Part shown: in pieces, positions 16,847 to 17,915 of the stretch
How the letters are laid out: each line of letters opens with the position of its first letter
Numbering within the stretch: position 1 is the first letter of the stretch
Source of the DNA: Fibrobacteria bacterium
GTDB taxonomy: Bacteria; Fibrobacterota; Fibrobacteria; UBA11236
Reading direction: 5' to 3'
Assembly: GCA_050486505.1 (NCBI GenBank)
Contig: JBJHDK010000048.1
Location: 1-17,915, forward strand
DNA length: 17,915 nucleotides
Translations under genes and position numbers: made by a program
Notes under the pieces: generated by a model
What the model was told of the DNA's origin: nothing
Database searches by the model: none
What the model saw: the letters and a program-made list of their open reading frames with translations, nothing else

Positions 16847-16875
16847 AGAATAAAATAGGGGGTAGGCCCTGTCAA
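16847..16875 (-). promoter_or_regulatory. Sigma70-type promoter of the rrf2-sbp-cysTWA operon
   Basis: Minus strand TTGACA (16875-16870), 17 nt, TATTCT (16852-16847). Confidence 0.8.
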
Positions 16876-16917
16876 GCGGGTTTTTTGGGGGATTCTGCGA
16901 GGCCGGCGGTGCCTTGG

Positions 16918-16943
16918 GGGCGGCCCGGCGGGTCGCCCGTACA
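16918..16943. repeat. REP-like palindrome (GTAC-tagged on the minus strand)
   Basis: gggcggccc-ggc-gggtcgccc-gtaca. Near-identical to 9576-9601. Confidence 0.8.
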
Positions 16944-16955
16944 TGGCGGTGGGGT

Positions 16956-17017
16956 CGTAGGGCGAGCCTCCGCGTAAGGGCGAGCCTCCGTAAGGGCGAC
17001 CAGCAGGTCGCACTTAC
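16956..17017. repeat. Compound REP-like element: two truncated left arms followed by a full GTAA-tagged palindrome
   Basis: cgtagggcgagcctccg / cgtaagggcgagcctc / cgtaagggcgacc-agca-ggtcgcacttac. Confidence 0.85.
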
Positions 17018-17754
17018 AGGGGTGTGGCCACCTGCCTCACACCCATGTACTCTCGTCGCGTGTTCTCCGGGAGTCGTTCGAGGGCGTAGCGCAGCATGGT
17101 GCGCGGCATGGTCGCGGCGTGGCGATCCAGGAAGCTGCGCAGGGCGGCTTCGTCCTTCTTGCCCGCCTCCCGCAGCATCCATCCCGTCGCCTTGTGGATC
17201 AGGTCTTCGCTGTCGCCGAGCAAGGTCTCCGCGATGCGGAAGGTTTCGGCAAGCGCGCCCTGACGGATGAAGTGGAACGTGGCGACGATCCCGACGCGGC
17301 GGCGCCAGAGGTTTTTGTCGCGCGCAAGCCTGTCGAGAAGCGACGTATCGCCTGCTTCGAAGATGTGGGCGCCCACGAGTTGTGGGGCGCTGGCGTCGAC
17401 GAGGTCCCAGTTGTTGACTTGCGTCGCGATGCGCGCCACGTAATGCTTGTGGATCTTCGCACGGCCGGGAGGCGCGTCCTTGGCGTACCGGTCGATCAAC
17501 AGGAAGAGAGCGACGAGACGGTCCTCGTGCCATTCCGATTCGAGGAGTTCCGCCGCATCTTCGAAGGGAAGGTCGCGATGGGTCTTCGCCAGCTTGCGCA
17601 GCACCGGGACGGTGATGCCGCGAAATCGGTCGCCCTCGGCGTATTGTCCCGGCCCGGTTTTGAAGAAGCGCTGGAGGAAGGCCGCCTTGGGAGGGTCGGT
17701 GAGGCGCTTCAATTCAAGGTGGAGATCGCACTTCAGGTCACGCAGCTTGGTCAT
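17014..17754 (-). CDS. DNA alkylation repair protein (AlkD-like HEAT-repeat glycosylase)
   Basis: RFFKTGPGQYAEGD, NNWDLVD, LWRRR, DLIHKATGWMLRE, MPRTMLRYALE. Confidence 0.92.
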   Translation of the reverse strand: MTKLRDLKCDLHLELKRLTDPPKAAFLQRFFKTGPGQYAEGDRFRGITVPVLRKLAKTHRDLPFEDAAELLESEWHEDRLVALFLLIDRYAKDAPPGRAKIHKHYVARIATQVNNWDLVDASAPQLVGAHIFEAGDTSLLDRLARDKNLWRRRVGIVATFHFIRQGALAETFRIAETLLGDSEDLIHKATGWMLREAGKKDEAALRSFLDRHAATMPRTMLRYALERLPENTRREYMGVRQVATPL

Positions 17755-17800
17755 GGGGCGGGGTGGTGTAGGGGGTGATGGACCTTATGGACGGAGTGGA

Positions 17801-17915
17801 GGGGGGGGGGGGGGGGGGGGGGGCGGAGGCCGGGGGGGAAGGAAAGCCCCGCCCGCACGGGCCAGGGCGCCCCGGAGCCCAAACACCCCACCAGGGGCGC
17901 GCCCCACCCCACCCC
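17801..17915. other. Poly-G run (23 nt) and low-complexity tail, probable sequencing or assembly artefact at the contig end
   Basis: G23 at 17801-17823 followed by G/C-run-rich sequence with no ORF. Confidence 0.7.

Noticed and set aside
17778..17915. Nonamer repeat (atggacctt atggacgga gtgga...) and a G-quadruplex-like poly-G tract
   Set aside because: Only 2-3 units precede a pure G run at the window end. The poly-G is most likely a two-colour sequencing artefact, so the region is unreliable.

Overview
This is a GC-rich (roughly 65-70% in hand-counted lines) bacterial window, probably a whole metagenomic contig: it starts inside a palindromic repeat and ends in poly-G low-quality sequence. 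Most genes are housekeeping. In order: DUF374 acyltransferase-like, DEDDh (DnaQ-like) exonuclease, rnhA, TauE/SafE exporter, rlmN, ogt, divergent GT9/GT4 glycosyltransferases, type-2 ileS, a DksA/TraR zinc-finger protein with a long Lys/Ala-rich N-terminus, a low-GC orphan membrane-protein gene, an Rrf2-sbp-cysT-cysW-cysA sulfate uptake operon with a clean sigma70 promoter, and an AlkD-like glycosylase. The unusual signal is in small repeats. (i) Six 7-nt tandem arrays have strict polarity: purine-rich right after stop codons, pyrimidine-rich before starts. One pair could fold into a long stem that places the rnhA stop next to the SD-less tauE start. (ii) A family of REP-like palindromes is tagged GTAG/GTAA/GTAC-GGGC. 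Some copies are nested or amplified, two supply gene stop codons, and one sits in-frame inside ileS. (iii) A second, different palindrome also appears in-frame in ileS. No transposase, CRISPR array or RNA gene was found. All product calls come from motif recognition, not database searches.
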